Source: a bacterium (GTDB lineage: Bacteria > Patescibacteriota > Doudnabacteria > UBA920). Taken from it: a stretch of DNA of 64,000 nt. Numbering within the stretch: the first letter of the stretch is position 1; each line of letters begins with the position of its first letter. Where the stretch lies: assembly GCA_021825655.1 (NCBI GenBank), contig JAKAGU010000001.1:50358-114357 (forward strand), in the 5' to 3' direction. Below the pieces are notes generated by a model. That model made no database searches. It had not been told where the DNA came from and worked only from the letters and a program-made list of their open reading frames with translations. Shown here piece after piece: positions 8,363 through 17,620 of this stretch. A program made the position numbers and the translations under genes.

Positions 8363-11245
8363 TTAAGGCACAGAGACTTTAATTTTAGGTGTGGTCAGGC
8401 CGGTGCTGGTGCGGGCAAATACCGAATATTCACCGCTGCCCGGCGACTTGGTCCAATCAATGGTGTATTGGTAGCGGCCGCTGAAGTTGCCCAGGTTTTG
8501 CGCCTGGCCAATTGGTTTGGGTGTGCCGCCTTTCGTGTTTTGGTAATAGAAATTTACGGCGTCGTAGTTCTCGGCGCTTTCAGCTTTCAAGCTGACCGGG
8601 AAAAGAATGAGGCTGGAGCCGCTGGGCTCGGTGATGGTAATGGGTTCGTTCAGAGCAAACTTAAGATTTATGCTGGTGTCCGCGGTTTTGTTGTAAACGT
8701 CCGTGGCGCGCACGGCCAAAATGTGCGTACCATCGCTGTACTTTTTATTTATATCTAGAATGTACGGGCTGGCAGTGAGGGTTGCCGCCTCCTGGCCGTC
8801 CACAGATATGGTAACTTTGCTTAACTGGTTTTCGGAACTGGCCGAAACCACAACCCGCAAAGGCAGGCTGGAAATAGTCTGGCCGTCAACGGGCTCGACA
8901 ATGTCCACGCTAGGCGGTCCGCCGGGCGTACCGTTGTTGCTCTGGGGATTGTAGGTAATGGTGCTGGGCGGGTAGACATAACCCTGCGCCTGAGCCCAGG
9001 CGATAACCGGGTTCTCCCAATCGGGATTGTCCGGTCGCTCGCTGTGAAAGACGGTAAAATTTTTGTAGACAATCTTGTCTTTGGGTGTGTCCTGGGTCGC
9101 GGGCTGGTCTGTGGTGCTGTCGTATGGCAGGGAGATGTGCACGTCGTCATACTGCGTGGGGGCATTGTAGCTGGCAAACGTTTCCACTTTGGTGGAGGGG
9201 GTTAAGCCGGTGGGGAGCTTGCCGGAAACCGCATCCACAGTTACTTGCTGAATGCCGTCCGGAGCTTTAAATTCTTCTGCGGGCTTGCCTTTTAAAGCCT
9301 CTTTCATAAAACGGTTCCAAATGGGCGCGGCCACCAAAACGCCGTCCGCGCCTTTTTTCATGTCTGTATTGGGCGTGCCGGCTCCGGGGTTGTTACCTGC
9401 CCATACGCCGGCAACCAAACTGGGAGTAAAGCCCATAGTCCAGCCATCGTGCCAGTTCTGGGTGGTGCCGGTCTTGGCAGCCACTGGCCGGTCAGGCAGG
9501 GTGAGCGGCGAATTAGGGCCAAAGACATAAGTGCGCGCAGCATTATCGCTCATTACGTTTGTCAGCAGGTACACCGCTTCAGGGTTGAGTATGGGCTGGC
9601 TGTGCTGCTGGTATTCTTCCAGGGTGTTGCCGTCCTTGTCCTCAATTTTTAATATAAAAGCTTTTTCGTTTTTTACTCCCCCGTTGGCCAGGGTGGCATA
9701 AGCAGAGACGTGGTCGATAAGCTTAACTTCACAACCGCCTAAAACCAGAGATAAGCCGCAGTCGGCCATGGGACTGGTGATGCCTAAGCTTCGCGCGGTT
9801 TGGACCACATTATCGACGCCGACCAAAGACAGGGTTTTGACGGCCGGAATATTTAAGCTGCCGGCCAAAGCCTGGCGCATGGATACCGGGCCGCGCTGTT
9901 TGCCGTCGTAGTCTTGCGGTTTGTATTCCTTGTCCCCGAATTTGCCGAAATTGGTTTCTACGTCCATCAGCATGGTGGCGGGGGCGTATTTGTAATCAGG
10001 GCCAAAGGCGGTCACGTATGCGTAGGGTTTAAAGCTGCTGCCGGGCTGGCGCGGCGCAATGGCTACATTGTAATTGGGTTCAAAAAGGCAGTCCCGCCCG
10101 GGCGTGCAATTTTTTGGCTCCGGGTCGCCAAAGTAATCCTTACTGCCCACCATGGCCAGAATTTGGCCGGTCTTCGGGTCTTCAGCCACCAAGGCGGCGT
10201 TATAAGCGTTGTATTTTTTTGCGTTCGCTTCGGCGCCTTGCTTCACTGCGTCTTCAGCAATTTTTTGCAGGTTTAAGTCCAGGGTGGTATAAACTTTTAA
10301 TCCGCCTTCTTCCAGAGTTTTTTCACCGTACTTTTTAGCCAGATAGTCCTGGACCATCATGGAAAAATGAGGGGCCTGGATGCCGGTGGTGACGTTCAAG
10401 AAGGCCACCTCTTCCTGCCGGGCTTGGGTTTCCTGGTCTTTGGTGATGTAGCCCTGGTCGCGCATTAGCGAGAGGATAGTGTTTTTGCGGTTGTCCAAAG
10501 CCTGGCGGTTGGGACCAAAAGGATTGTAATAAGTGGGGGCCTGGGGCATGGCGGCCAGGTACGCGCTCTCCGCCAAATCCAGGTCCTTTGCCGACTTGTT
10601 AAAATAGGACCGGCTGGCCGCCTCTACGCCGTAAGCGTTGCGGCCGTAAGGGATTTCATTCAGGTACATCTGCAGTACCTGGTCTTTGGTAAAGCGCGAA
10701 TCTATCGCCACGGCCAAAATCAATTCCCGGATTTTTCGGTCCCAGGATTTGTTGTTGGTAAGAATCGCGTTTTTTACCAGCTGTTGGGTAATTGTGCTGC
10801 CGCCCTGGGCTTTGCGGCCGCTGAGTACATCCACCACTGCCGAACGCAGAATCCCGGTTATAGAAATCCCCCCATGTTTGTAAAAGTCCTTATCTTCCAC
10901 CGCAATCGTGGCGTGTTTTAAGTTGTCCGTAATTTGGTCAAGGTTAACCTGGGTGCGCTTAATTTCGCCATGAATTTCATACAGCAGTTGCCCGTCGCGC
11001 GCAAAAATTTTTGTTGATTCAGCCACGTTGCGGTCCATGAGCCGGTTCGGGTCGGGCAAATCTTTGGCATAATATAAAAATAGGATGGCAATGCCCAATA
11101 CGCCCAAAGCAGCGAGTCGGAACAGCCAGGTTAAGGTTTTTCGCCAGTTCCAGCGGAAAGGTAATTTAGCTTTTCCCGTGGTGCGGCTTTTAACCACCGG
11201 CTTGGACGCGGGCCGGTCTTTGGTTTTAAACGAGTAAATTTTCAT
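8363..11245 (-). CDS. Class A penicillin-binding protein (PBP1A family) with C-terminal Ig-like domains
   Basis: Transglycosylase EDKDFYKHGG, GGSTITQQL, RKIRE; transpeptidase SSFK, SLN, KTGT. Confidence 0.95.
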   Translation of the reverse strand: MKIYSFKTKDRPASKPVVKSRTTGKAKLPFRWNWRKTLTWLFRLAALGVLGIAILFLYYAKDLPDPNRLMDRNVAESTKIFARDGQLLYEIHGEIKRTQVNLDQITDNLKHATIAVEDKDFYKHGGISITGILRSAVVDVLSGRKAQGGSTITQQLVKNAILTNNKSWDRKIRELILAVAIDSRFTKDQVLQMYLNEIPYGRNAYGVEAASRSYFNKSAKDLDLAESAYLAAMPQAPTYYNPFGPNRQALDNRKNTILSLMRDQGYITKDQETQARQEEVAFLNVTTGIQAPHFSMMVQDYLAKKYGEKTLEEGGLKVYTTLDLNLQKIAEDAVKQGAEANAKKYNAYNAALVAEDPKTGQILAMVGSKDYFGDPEPKNCTPGRDCLFEPNYNVAIAPRQPGSSFKPYAYVTAFGPDYKYAPATMLMDVETNFGKFGDKEYKPQDYDGKQRGPVSMRQALAGSLNIPAVKTLSLVGVDNVVQTARSLGITSPMADCGLSLVLGGCEVKLIDHVSAYATLANGGVKNEKAFILKIEDKDGNTLEEYQQHSQPILNPEAVYLLTNVMSDNAARTYVFGPNSPLTLPDRPVAAKTGTTQNWHDGWTMGFTPSLVAGVWAGNNPGAGTPNTDMKKGADGVLVAAPIWNRFMKEALKGKPAEEFKAPDGIQQVTVDAVSGKLPTGLTPSTKVETFASYNAPTQYDDVHISLPYDSTTDQPATQDTPKDKIVYKNFTVFHSERPDNPDWENPVIAWAQAQGYVYPPSTITYNPQSNNGTPGGPPSVDIVEPVDGQTISSLPLRVVVSASSENQLSKVTISVDGQEAATLTASPYILDINKKYSDGTHILAVRATDVYNKTADTSINLKFALNEPITITEPSGSSLILFPVSLKAESAENYDAVNFYYQNTKGGTPKPIGQAQNLGNFSGRYQYTIDWTKSPGSGEYSVFARTSTGLTTPKIKVSVP

Positions 11246-11308
11246 AACTTAATTATAACGGTTTTCCTCTAAAAATGGTATAATGCAGAAAGCATTAAGA
11301 ACTATGCC

Positions 11309-12475
11309 ATGGACAACATTCAAGAACTGCTTAGCCGGGGGGTGGAAGAGGTTATCGAACGTGAAAAACTGGAAGCTGTGCTGAAGGGCAAAAAGAAACT
11401 CAGAGTCAAGCTGGGGATTGACCCAACCAGCCCCAATATCCACATTGGCCGGGCGGTGGTGCTGTGGAAGCTGCGTGCTTTTCAAGAATTGGGCCACAAG
11501 GTGATATTTATTGTGGGGGATTTTACCGGCCTGATCGGCGACACCTCGGACAAGGATGCGGAACGGCCCATGCTTTCGGAAAAACAGATTGCGGTTAACC
11601 TGAAAACTTACTTTGAGCAGGCCTATAAAATTTTGGACAAGAAAAAAACTGAAGTTTATTACAATTCCAAATGGCTGAAGAAGCTTGGTTTTGCGGAAAT
11701 CGGCCGCCTGGCCGACTTATTCAGCTTGCACGAGTTTGAAGCCCGGGAAAATATTGCCAAACGCCTCAAATCCGGCAAGCGCGTGTCTTTGCGCGAGCTG
11801 CTGTATCCCCTGATGCAGGGCTATGACAGCGTGGCCGTGAAAGCTGATGTGGAATTGGGCGGTACCGACCAACGGTTTAACCTGTTGGCGGGCCGGGTTA
11901 TCCAGCCCGCATATGGGCAGTCTCCCCAAAATATTTTGACCATGACTTTAATGGAGGGCACGGATGGCCGCAAGATGTCGTCTTCTTGGGGCAACACTAT
12001 TAACATTACTGCCGAACCCAATGATATGTTCGGCAAGGCCATGTCCATTCCGGACGACTTGATAAAAAAATATTTTATCTTAGCTACGCGCGTGCCTCTT
12101 GCTGCGATAGACGAGATTGTCCGCAGCAATTCCAACCCGCGTGACCAAAAAATGCGCCTGGCCCTTGAAATTACCAGATTGTACCACGGCGCAAAAAAAG
12201 CCGAGATTGCAAAACAGGCTTTCGTAAGCCAATTTAGCAAAGGCGAATTGCCTGAAGATATCAAAACAAAGACATTAAAGGCCGGCAGATACCAGCTTTT
12301 GGATATTTTAATTGAAACAGGCATAGTGGGCAGCAAGTCCGAAGGACGGCGGTTGTTTGAACAAAACGGCGTTAAGTTAAACCAAAAAACAACCAAAGAC
12401 GCTTTGGTGGTTTTGGATGGAAAGAGTGAGATTTTGCTGCAGGTGGGAAAAAGAAAATTTCTTCGCGTAAAATAA
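11309..12475 (+). CDS. tyrS: Tyrosine--tRNA ligase
   Basis: GIDPT, HIGR, YPLMQGYD, KMSSS, C-terminal S4-like domain. Confidence 0.97.
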   Translation: MDNIQELLSRGVEEVIEREKLEAVLKGKKKLRVKLGIDPTSPNIHIGRAVVLWKLRAFQELGHKVIFIVGDFTGLIGDTSDKDAERPMLSEKQIAVNLKTYFEQAYKILDKKKTEVYYNSKWLKKLGFAEIGRLADLFSLHEFEARENIAKRLKSGKRVSLRELLYPLMQGYDSVAVKADVELGGTDQRFNLLAGRVIQPAYGQSPQNILTMTLMEGTDGRKMSSSWGNTINITAEPNDMFGKAMSIPDDLIKKYFILATRVPLAAIDEIVRSNSNPRDQKMRLALEITRLYHGAKKAEIAKQAFVSQFSKGELPEDIKTKTLKAGRYQLLDILIETGIVGSKSEGRRLFEQNGVKLNQKTTKDALVVLDGKSEILLQVGKRKFLRVK

Positions 12476-12506
12476 AAAAAGCCCTCCGTTTAACGGAGGG
12501 CTTTTT
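12475..12506. terminator. Bidirectional terminator overlapping the ruvC stop
   Basis: AAAAAA-GCCCTCCGTT-t-AACGGAGGGC-TTTTT. Confidence 0.8.
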
Positions 12507-12984
12507 GTTTGGGGAAGTGCCAGCCCGCGCAGAGGGCAATGGCCAGCGCATCAGCCGCATCATCAGGTTTGGGGATTTTTGTAAGACCGAAGGTTTTTTG
12601 CACCACGTATTGGACCTGTTTTTTGTCGGCTTTCCCGTAGCCGCAAATAAAGTTTTTTACCTGCAACGGCGTAAATTCCAGAATCGGCAGTTTATGCTTT
12701 TGGGCCAGAAACAGCACCACTCCCCTGGCTTGGGATACGGTCATCACCGTTTTCTGGTTGGTGGTAAAAAAAAGTTTTTCTATGCCTACGGCCGCGGGCC
12801 TGTGTTTTTTTATAAGGCTTTCCAGGTCCTGGCCTAAAATTTCCAAGCGCTCCGCGTCAGAAAGCATTTTTTTTGTGGCAATAACCCCGTATTCCAGAAT
12901 TCCAAAGCCGTTTTTGGCCTTGGTTTTTTGGATAACACCGTAACCGGTTGTGGCAGTGCCCGGGTCAATCCCTAAAATTACCAT
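12490..12984 (-). CDS. ruvC: Holliday junction resolvase RuvC
   Basis: ILGIDPG, IEKLFF, GYGKADK, DDAADALAIA. Confidence 0.97.
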   Translation of the reverse strand: MVILGIDPGTATTGYGVIQKTKAKNGFGILEYGVIATKKMLSDAERLEILGQDLESLIKKHRPAAVGIEKLFFTTNQKTVMTVSQARGVVLFLAQKHKLPILEFTPLQVKNFICGYGKADKKQVQYVVQKTFGLTKIPKPDDAADALAIALCAGWHFPKQKALR

Positions 12985-12987
12985 ACA

Positions 12988-13491
12988 TTATTTGCCGATT
13001 AGCCCCGGCAAGGCTTCAATGCTCAAGATAGGCGAATAAATATCCTCCAGGTTTTCGCGCTCAATTAGGAGGGTAAAATGTTCCTTAATCCGCCAGTTCC
13101 GCTGCTCCCAGGCTTCCAAGAAGATTTTAGCCGTAGGAATGAGCGGCAAAAAAGCCAGTTGTGCCACTGGTACGGTTTCTACCCGGCCTTCGTTGCAGAC
13201 TAAAGGCTCGCCAATATACAGGCCGGAAAATTGGTAGAGAATTTTTTTTTGGTTGATTATTATCCGGCCAAATTCCTTGAGTTTTATCTGGGTCAAGCCC
13301 GTCTCCTCGGTCAGTTCGCGGTAGGCTCCCTGGACGTGGGTCTCCCCCACTTCTACTTTCCCACCGAAACCGGTAAACAGGTTGGGGGCAAACTTCTTAT
13401 TTGGCGACCTCCTGAGCAGGTGGAAGCAGGTGGGTTTGCTCTTGTCGGCCAGGAAAATGGTGGTATATTTTTCTGTGTCTGTTTCATTCAT
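12988..13491 (-). CDS. NUDIX hydrolase
   Basis: Nudix box GGKVEVGETHVQGAYRELTEETGL. Confidence 0.88.
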   Translation of the reverse strand: MNETDTEKYTTIFLADKSKPTCFHLLRRSPNKKFAPNLFTGFGGKVEVGETHVQGAYRELTEETGLTQIKLKEFGRIIINQKKILYQFSGLYIGEPLVCNEGRVETVPVAQLAFLPLIPTAKIFLEAWEQRNWRIKEHFTLLIERENLEDIYSPILSIEALPGLIGK

Positions 13492-13500
13492 GGGCTGTGT

Positions 13501-14223
13501 TTAAAGGTTGGCTGAGGTATGTACGGAAATAACGTCTTCGTCGTTCTCCAATTCAGCAAATAAGGCGTCCACTTTGGGTTTTTGCTCCTCAGTGAGGTCG
13601 ACGCCCTGGCTGGACTCTTTGATAATATCCGCTCGGGCAATTTTAGCACCTGCAGCCAAAAGCGCGGTTTTGGTTTTTTGTAAATCATTGGGCAGAGTGT
13701 AGACTTCCAGTCCTTCTTCGGATTCGCGCACGTCGTCTGCGCCTGCGTCTATGGCGGCCAGTTGGATTTCTCCCAAGTCAGGTCGGTCTCGTTCCACCAA
13801 AATTTGGCCTTTGGTGTTAAACTGCCAGGCTACGGAACCCTGTGCGCCCATGTTACCGCCATGCTTGGCAAAAATATGTTTAATGTTATTGGAAGTGCGA
13901 TTGGTGTTATCGGTGGCAACTTCCACCAAGAAAGCCGTGCCGAACGGGCCATAGCCTTCGTAAGCGACTTCTTTAATTTGGCCTGCGCTGCCTCCGGCGG
14001 CAGCTTTGATGGCCCGGTCGATGTTATCGTTGGGCATCCCCTGGTCTTTGGCATAATCCACGGCGGCTTTTAGTTTGTAGTTAACCATGGGGTCACCGCT
14101 GCCTCCGCCTTCTTTCACGGCAATGGAAATTTTTTTAGAAAGTTTGGAAAACAGCAGGCCGCGCTTTTGGTCGGCTGCGCCTTTAGTCCTTTTAATCTGT
14201 GCCCATTTGGAATGTCCCGACAT
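13501..14223 (-). CDS. yebC: YebC/PmpR family protein
   Basis: MSGHSKWAQIK, YEGYGP, TDNTNRT. Confidence 0.96.
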   Translation of the reverse strand: MSGHSKWAQIKRTKGAADQKRGLLFSKLSKKISIAVKEGGGSGDPMVNYKLKAAVDYAKDQGMPNDNIDRAIKAAAGGSAGQIKEVAYEGYGPFGTAFLVEVATDNTNRTSNNIKHIFAKHGGNMGAQGSVAWQFNTKGQILVERDRPDLGEIQLAAIDAGADDVRESEEGLEVYTLPNDLQKTKTALLAAGAKIARADIIKESSQGVDLTEEQKPKVDALFAELENDEDVISVHTSANL

Positions 14224-14224
14224 G

Positions 14225-14890
14225 CTATTTGAATGAAATTAAGACTGTAAATTCTCCTTTTATTGCGGGCCTGTCCTTCAGCTGGTTCAAGACTTCGTAG
14301 GGCGAGCCACGCAAAAATTCTTCATGAAGCTTGGTCAGCTCCCGGGCAACGGCAACCTGGCTATTGGGAAAGGCGTTAGCTACGTAGTTGAGGGTTTTTA
14401 TGATGCGTTCAGGGGATTCATAAAAAATAGCCGTAGCCTCGGCATTTTGGGCTGCCTGGAGCGCGGACACGGTTTTAGCCGCGGTCTTCTGCAAGAAGCC
14501 TAAAAATAAGAATCTGTCCGTGGGCAGGCCGGAGGCGGACAGCGCGGTTACGGCTGCGTTGGCCCCGGGCAGGGGCACCACGCTCACATTTTCTTTCACG
14601 CATTCCCGCACCAGGCGGAAGCCCGGATCCGAGACGCCGGGCGTGCCCGCATCTGTAATCAGACAGCCGTCGGCTTTGCCCAAGCGCCGGGTAAGGTCTT
14701 TGACCACTTGCTGTTCATTATGCTCGGCAAACTGTACCATTTCTTTTGGCCAGGCGCCAATGTGTTCCAATAGCCGCCTGGAATAATGCGGATTTTCAGC
14801 AATTATAAACTCGCACGCTTTAAGGCTTTCAATAGCGCGCTGGGTAATATCTTTCAAATTGCCGATGGGTGTGGCGACGATGTATAACAT
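14225..14890 (-). CDS. rsmI: 16S rRNA (C1402-2'-O)-methyltransferase
   Basis: LYIVATPIGNL, DAGTPGVSDPG, YESPER, RELTKLHEE. Confidence 0.96.
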   Translation of the reverse strand: MLYIVATPIGNLKDITQRAIESLKACEFIIAENPHYSRRLLEHIGAWPKEMVQFAEHNEQQVVKDLTRRLGKADGCLITDAGTPGVSDPGFRLVRECVKENVSVVPLPGANAAVTALSASGLPTDRFLFLGFLQKTAAKTVSALQAAQNAEATAIFYESPERIIKTLNYVANAFPNSQVAVARELTKLHEEFLRGSPYEVLNQLKDRPAIKGEFTVLISFK

Positions 14891-14921
14891 ACACCTTATT
14901 TTAACCTAAATTCTCAAATAG

Positions 14922-15140
14922 AAAAACCCCTGCGGGTTCGCCTAGCCGTCGGGCTTATTGGCGAAACAGGGGTTTTGAAAAGCGAAAGAAGAGTCCTTTA
15001 ACCTAAAGATTCACCTTTAGGCCAATTACCTCGAAATTGAAGTAATTATAGCGCACCCTGACGGGTACGTGGTTAAAACCTATTTAGTTGGGTTTTATTT
15101 TTGTTTCTTCTTTGAAAGACAAGAAGAACTCACTTTTCTA
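14922..15140 (-). ncRNA. Candidate structured ncRNA of unknown family (multi-hairpin junction)
   Basis: Own promoter TTTACA(15174-15169)-17-TATAAT(15151-15146); closing stem, five hairpins and a terminal hairpin with U-tract; G-U pairs valid on the minus strand. Confidence 0.6.
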
Positions 15141-15177
15141 TAGGTATTATAGCAAATTTTTCGGCACTTGTAAAGAC

Positions 15178-15885
15178 CTATCTGACCGGTTTAAAAACTT
15201 TGAGCAGGGGCGCGTACTTGTCTTCTGTTCTGGGCACAACTATTTTTTTGTAAGCGGACTTTTGCGTAAATTCCGCAAACTTTGCGTTGCGCAGAATTAA
15301 CAGCGGAGTGCTTTCGCCGCTCTCCCCCATAAGCAGTACGGCCATGGCAGCCAGCGAGTCGAGCGCATTGGCCCGGGTAAATTTCAGCGGCCGGCGGAAC
15401 ACATCGTTTTTTCCGCGGTAGTCAATTAACGGCTCTAAGCCAAAACTGCCGATAGCTGTGCCTACCGTGCCGTACCTGAGCGGCGTGGAATGCGTGTCTG
15501 TGGCGATTATTGCCAGGCGTTTCAGCTGGTGGCGGTTTTTAAGTTTTTGCCATATTTGTTTCAAAGTGGCTTCAATCCGGTTAGGCCATAGCACGTAATA
15601 GCCGTTGCCGTTGCTCGAATCAATGCCGGCATTGGAAACCAAAATATTGTTTTTAATGGTCAGGCGGGTTTTTGGAACATATTCATCCGCCTCTTTTTTT
15701 ATTAGGGCCAGCTTGTCGGTGCCGGGGCCGTCCTTTATGCACCGGCCTTGGCCGATGGCCATAACCTTGGAGGTGATGAAAACAATATCGCCTTCGCGCA
15801 GCCGGGGCAGGTGCTGTTCCAGCAGCTGGAACAGGTCGTCTTTAGGCGGCAGGAATTTTCGGGTTTTGATTTTTATAAAGTGCAT
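15178..15885 (-). CDS. CofE-like (F420-0:gamma-glutamyl ligase family) ligase
   Basis: GDIVFITSKV, NAGIDSSN, TDTHSTPLRYG, MGESGESTP. Confidence 0.82.
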   Translation of the reverse strand: MHFIKIKTRKFLPPKDDLFQLLEQHLPRLREGDIVFITSKVMAIGQGRCIKDGPGTDKLALIKKEADEYVPKTRLTIKNNILVSNAGIDSSNGNGYYVLWPNRIEATLKQIWQKLKNRHQLKRLAIIATDTHSTPLRYGTVGTAIGSFGLEPLIDYRGKNDVFRRPLKFTRANALDSLAAMAVLLMGESGESTPLLILRNAKFAEFTQKSAYKKIVVPRTEDKYAPLLKVFKPVR

Positions 15886-15887
15886 AA

Positions 15888-17516
15888 TCAGGAATGCGCA
15901 AAAGCTTGGTTGATCTCGGTTTCTTCCCAGCCCGCCCGCTGCAGTTCTTCCCGGATTTGCTGGTCAGTCAGTTCTACATTTCGGGCCTGTGTGATGAAGT
16001 CCACCAAGTGGGGGTGGGGCAGGTTTAAGGATAAGCGGCTCTGGGCATGCAGCTCTGTTTCCGGCAAAGGCAGGGGCGTGCCCGCGGCCTCCATTTTTTT
16101 AAGCAGCTCGTTTTTATGGTCTTCTTCGGCCTGTAGTTCAATTTCCAAAGCTTGGATTTGCTGCTCATCTTTTTTTAGGCGCCGGTAGAGGTGTTCTAAG
16201 GCCAGCAGGGCCAGGAGGATTAAAAGCAGCCGCCCGCCGACTACAAACCAGGTAAAAGCGTCAACCTTTTTGATGCTGGCCCAGAACTGCTGCCCCGCGC
16301 TGTCCAGGGATGTCCCGGCCGCAATTAAGTTTTCGCAGTTGGTGGTGTAATTGTCGAAGATCTTAGTACTGGTAAAATTTGGGTTTAGTTCCGCCGCTGC
16401 ATCAAAACTCTTCATAGCTTTTTGGCACTGCCGGGTGCGATAGTAGCCCGCAGCCTGTCGGAAGATTTCTGCGTACGGCCCTTCCGTATTGTTGACGTTG
16501 TTCTTTGTCAAAAACTCTTTGGCCAGATTAATAGGGATGGCAAAAGCAAAGTTGTCGCCTTTTTGCCTTAAGGCGTCGCCGGTCTGGAACGTAATAATGC
16601 CGATTACCCGGCCGTCTTTGTCCAAGAGGGGGCCGCCCGAAGAACCTTGGGAAATTTTAGCGTCGGTTTGAAAAATTTTAAACTCTTTGCTCTGGGCGAA
16701 CTTCAGCGCGCTGACCAGCCCTTGGGTGAGGGTGGCTTCGAGCGGGCTGCGGCCGTTGACTTCCGCGGTGGACGGAAAACCAAAGACCAGAATTTTATCA
16801 CCCGTGCTTACTTGGTTGCTGTCTCCCAGCAGTAGGGCCGGCAAGTTGCCCGCCTGGATTTTAATCAGGGCAACGTCCTTTTCGTCCGCGGCAAAATTAT
16901 TATTGGCACTGACTATGCTGGCCTCAAAACCGGTTTTCAATAACGAGGTCAGGTATTCCTGGGAGTCCGAGGGGTTGAGCACAGTGAGTTTGCTGACAAT
17001 ATTAAACTGTACCCGGTTTTTTAATGCTGCCAGGGAGTTTTGGTAAAAGTTATTAAAATTGTCAGCGTCTTTAAAATTTTGAAGCAAGGTTTGGTCGTCG
17101 AGACTGCCGAGTTTGGCTTGGAGCGCATTGTTTAAGAGTTCTTCCAAATAGCTTTCTTTAATGCTCTCTTCCGTGGCCACGTGGGCGTTGGTCAAAATAT
17201 AGCCGTCGGGGTTGACTACAAAGCCGCTGCCGCTCAGGTAGACATCAACTTTTTCCGCTTGTTGTGGCTGGTTGTCGGGAAAAACCAAAGCCGCTGCCGC
17301 CAAGTTTATTTCAAAATTCGGCAAAGTAACCTGGCCGCTGGCATGGTTGATAATCCGGACAATGCTCGGCTTGATCATTTGAGCCAGGTCCTGTTGGTCC
17401 AGCGGCTGGGCCGGGCCAGGCGCTTGAGCCTTTAAGCTGAGGTAGGCAGCCAGGCCGCATAAAAAAACGGCAAAAACCGCCACCAAGAATTTGGAATTGT
17501 ATTTTAGTTTCGTCAT
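15888..17516 (-). CDS. Membrane-anchored trypsin-like (S1C) serine protease with TPR-like region; start moved to ATG 17516
   Basis: Catalytic LTNAHV, DVALIK, GSSGGP; N-terminal TM after MTKLKY; the longer track ORF runs antisense through the tRNA. Confidence 0.85.
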   Translation of the reverse strand: MTKLKYNSKFLVAVFAVFLCGLAAYLSLKAQAPGPAQPLDQQDLAQMIKPSIVRIINHASGQVTLPNFEINLAAAALVFPDNQPQQAEKVDVYLSGSGFVVNPDGYILTNAHVATEESIKESYLEELLNNALQAKLGSLDDQTLLQNFKDADNFNNFYQNSLAALKNRVQFNIVSKLTVLNPSDSQEYLTSLLKTGFEASIVSANNNFAADEKDVALIKIQAGNLPALLLGDSNQVSTGDKILVFGFPSTAEVNGRSPLEATLTQGLVSALKFAQSKEFKIFQTDAKISQGSSGGPLLDKDGRVIGIITFQTGDALRQKGDNFAFAIPINLAKEFLTKNNVNNTEGPYAEIFRQAAGYYRTRQCQKAMKSFDAAAELNPNFTSTKIFDNYTTNCENLIAAGTSLDSAGQQFWASIKKVDAFTWFVVGGRLLLILLALLALEHLYRRLKKDEQQIQALEIELQAEEDHKNELLKKMEAAGTPLPLPETELHAQSRLSLNLPHPHLVDFITQARNVELTDQQIREELQRAGWEETEINQAFAHS

Positions 17517-17570
17517 GTTTTCTTTTTTGCAGTGTAACATAAAGCTGTAGAAAAAGCATCCCGGGGGGCG

Positions 17571-17599
17571 TTGAAAAAGCCCGCTAAATAAACTATAAT
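17571..17599 (+). promoter_or_regulatory. Sigma70 promoter of the tRNA-Ile locus
   Basis: TTGAAA(17571-17576)-17 bp-TATAAT(17594-17599). Confidence 0.75.
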
Positions 17600-17620
17600 A
17601 AGGTGAGCCAGAAAATTTTC

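Noticed and set aside
12988-13491. NUDIX gene between yebC and ruvC as a novel system
   Set aside because: NUDIX genes near yebC-ruvC are known (E. coli nudB) and nothing else distinctive is visible.
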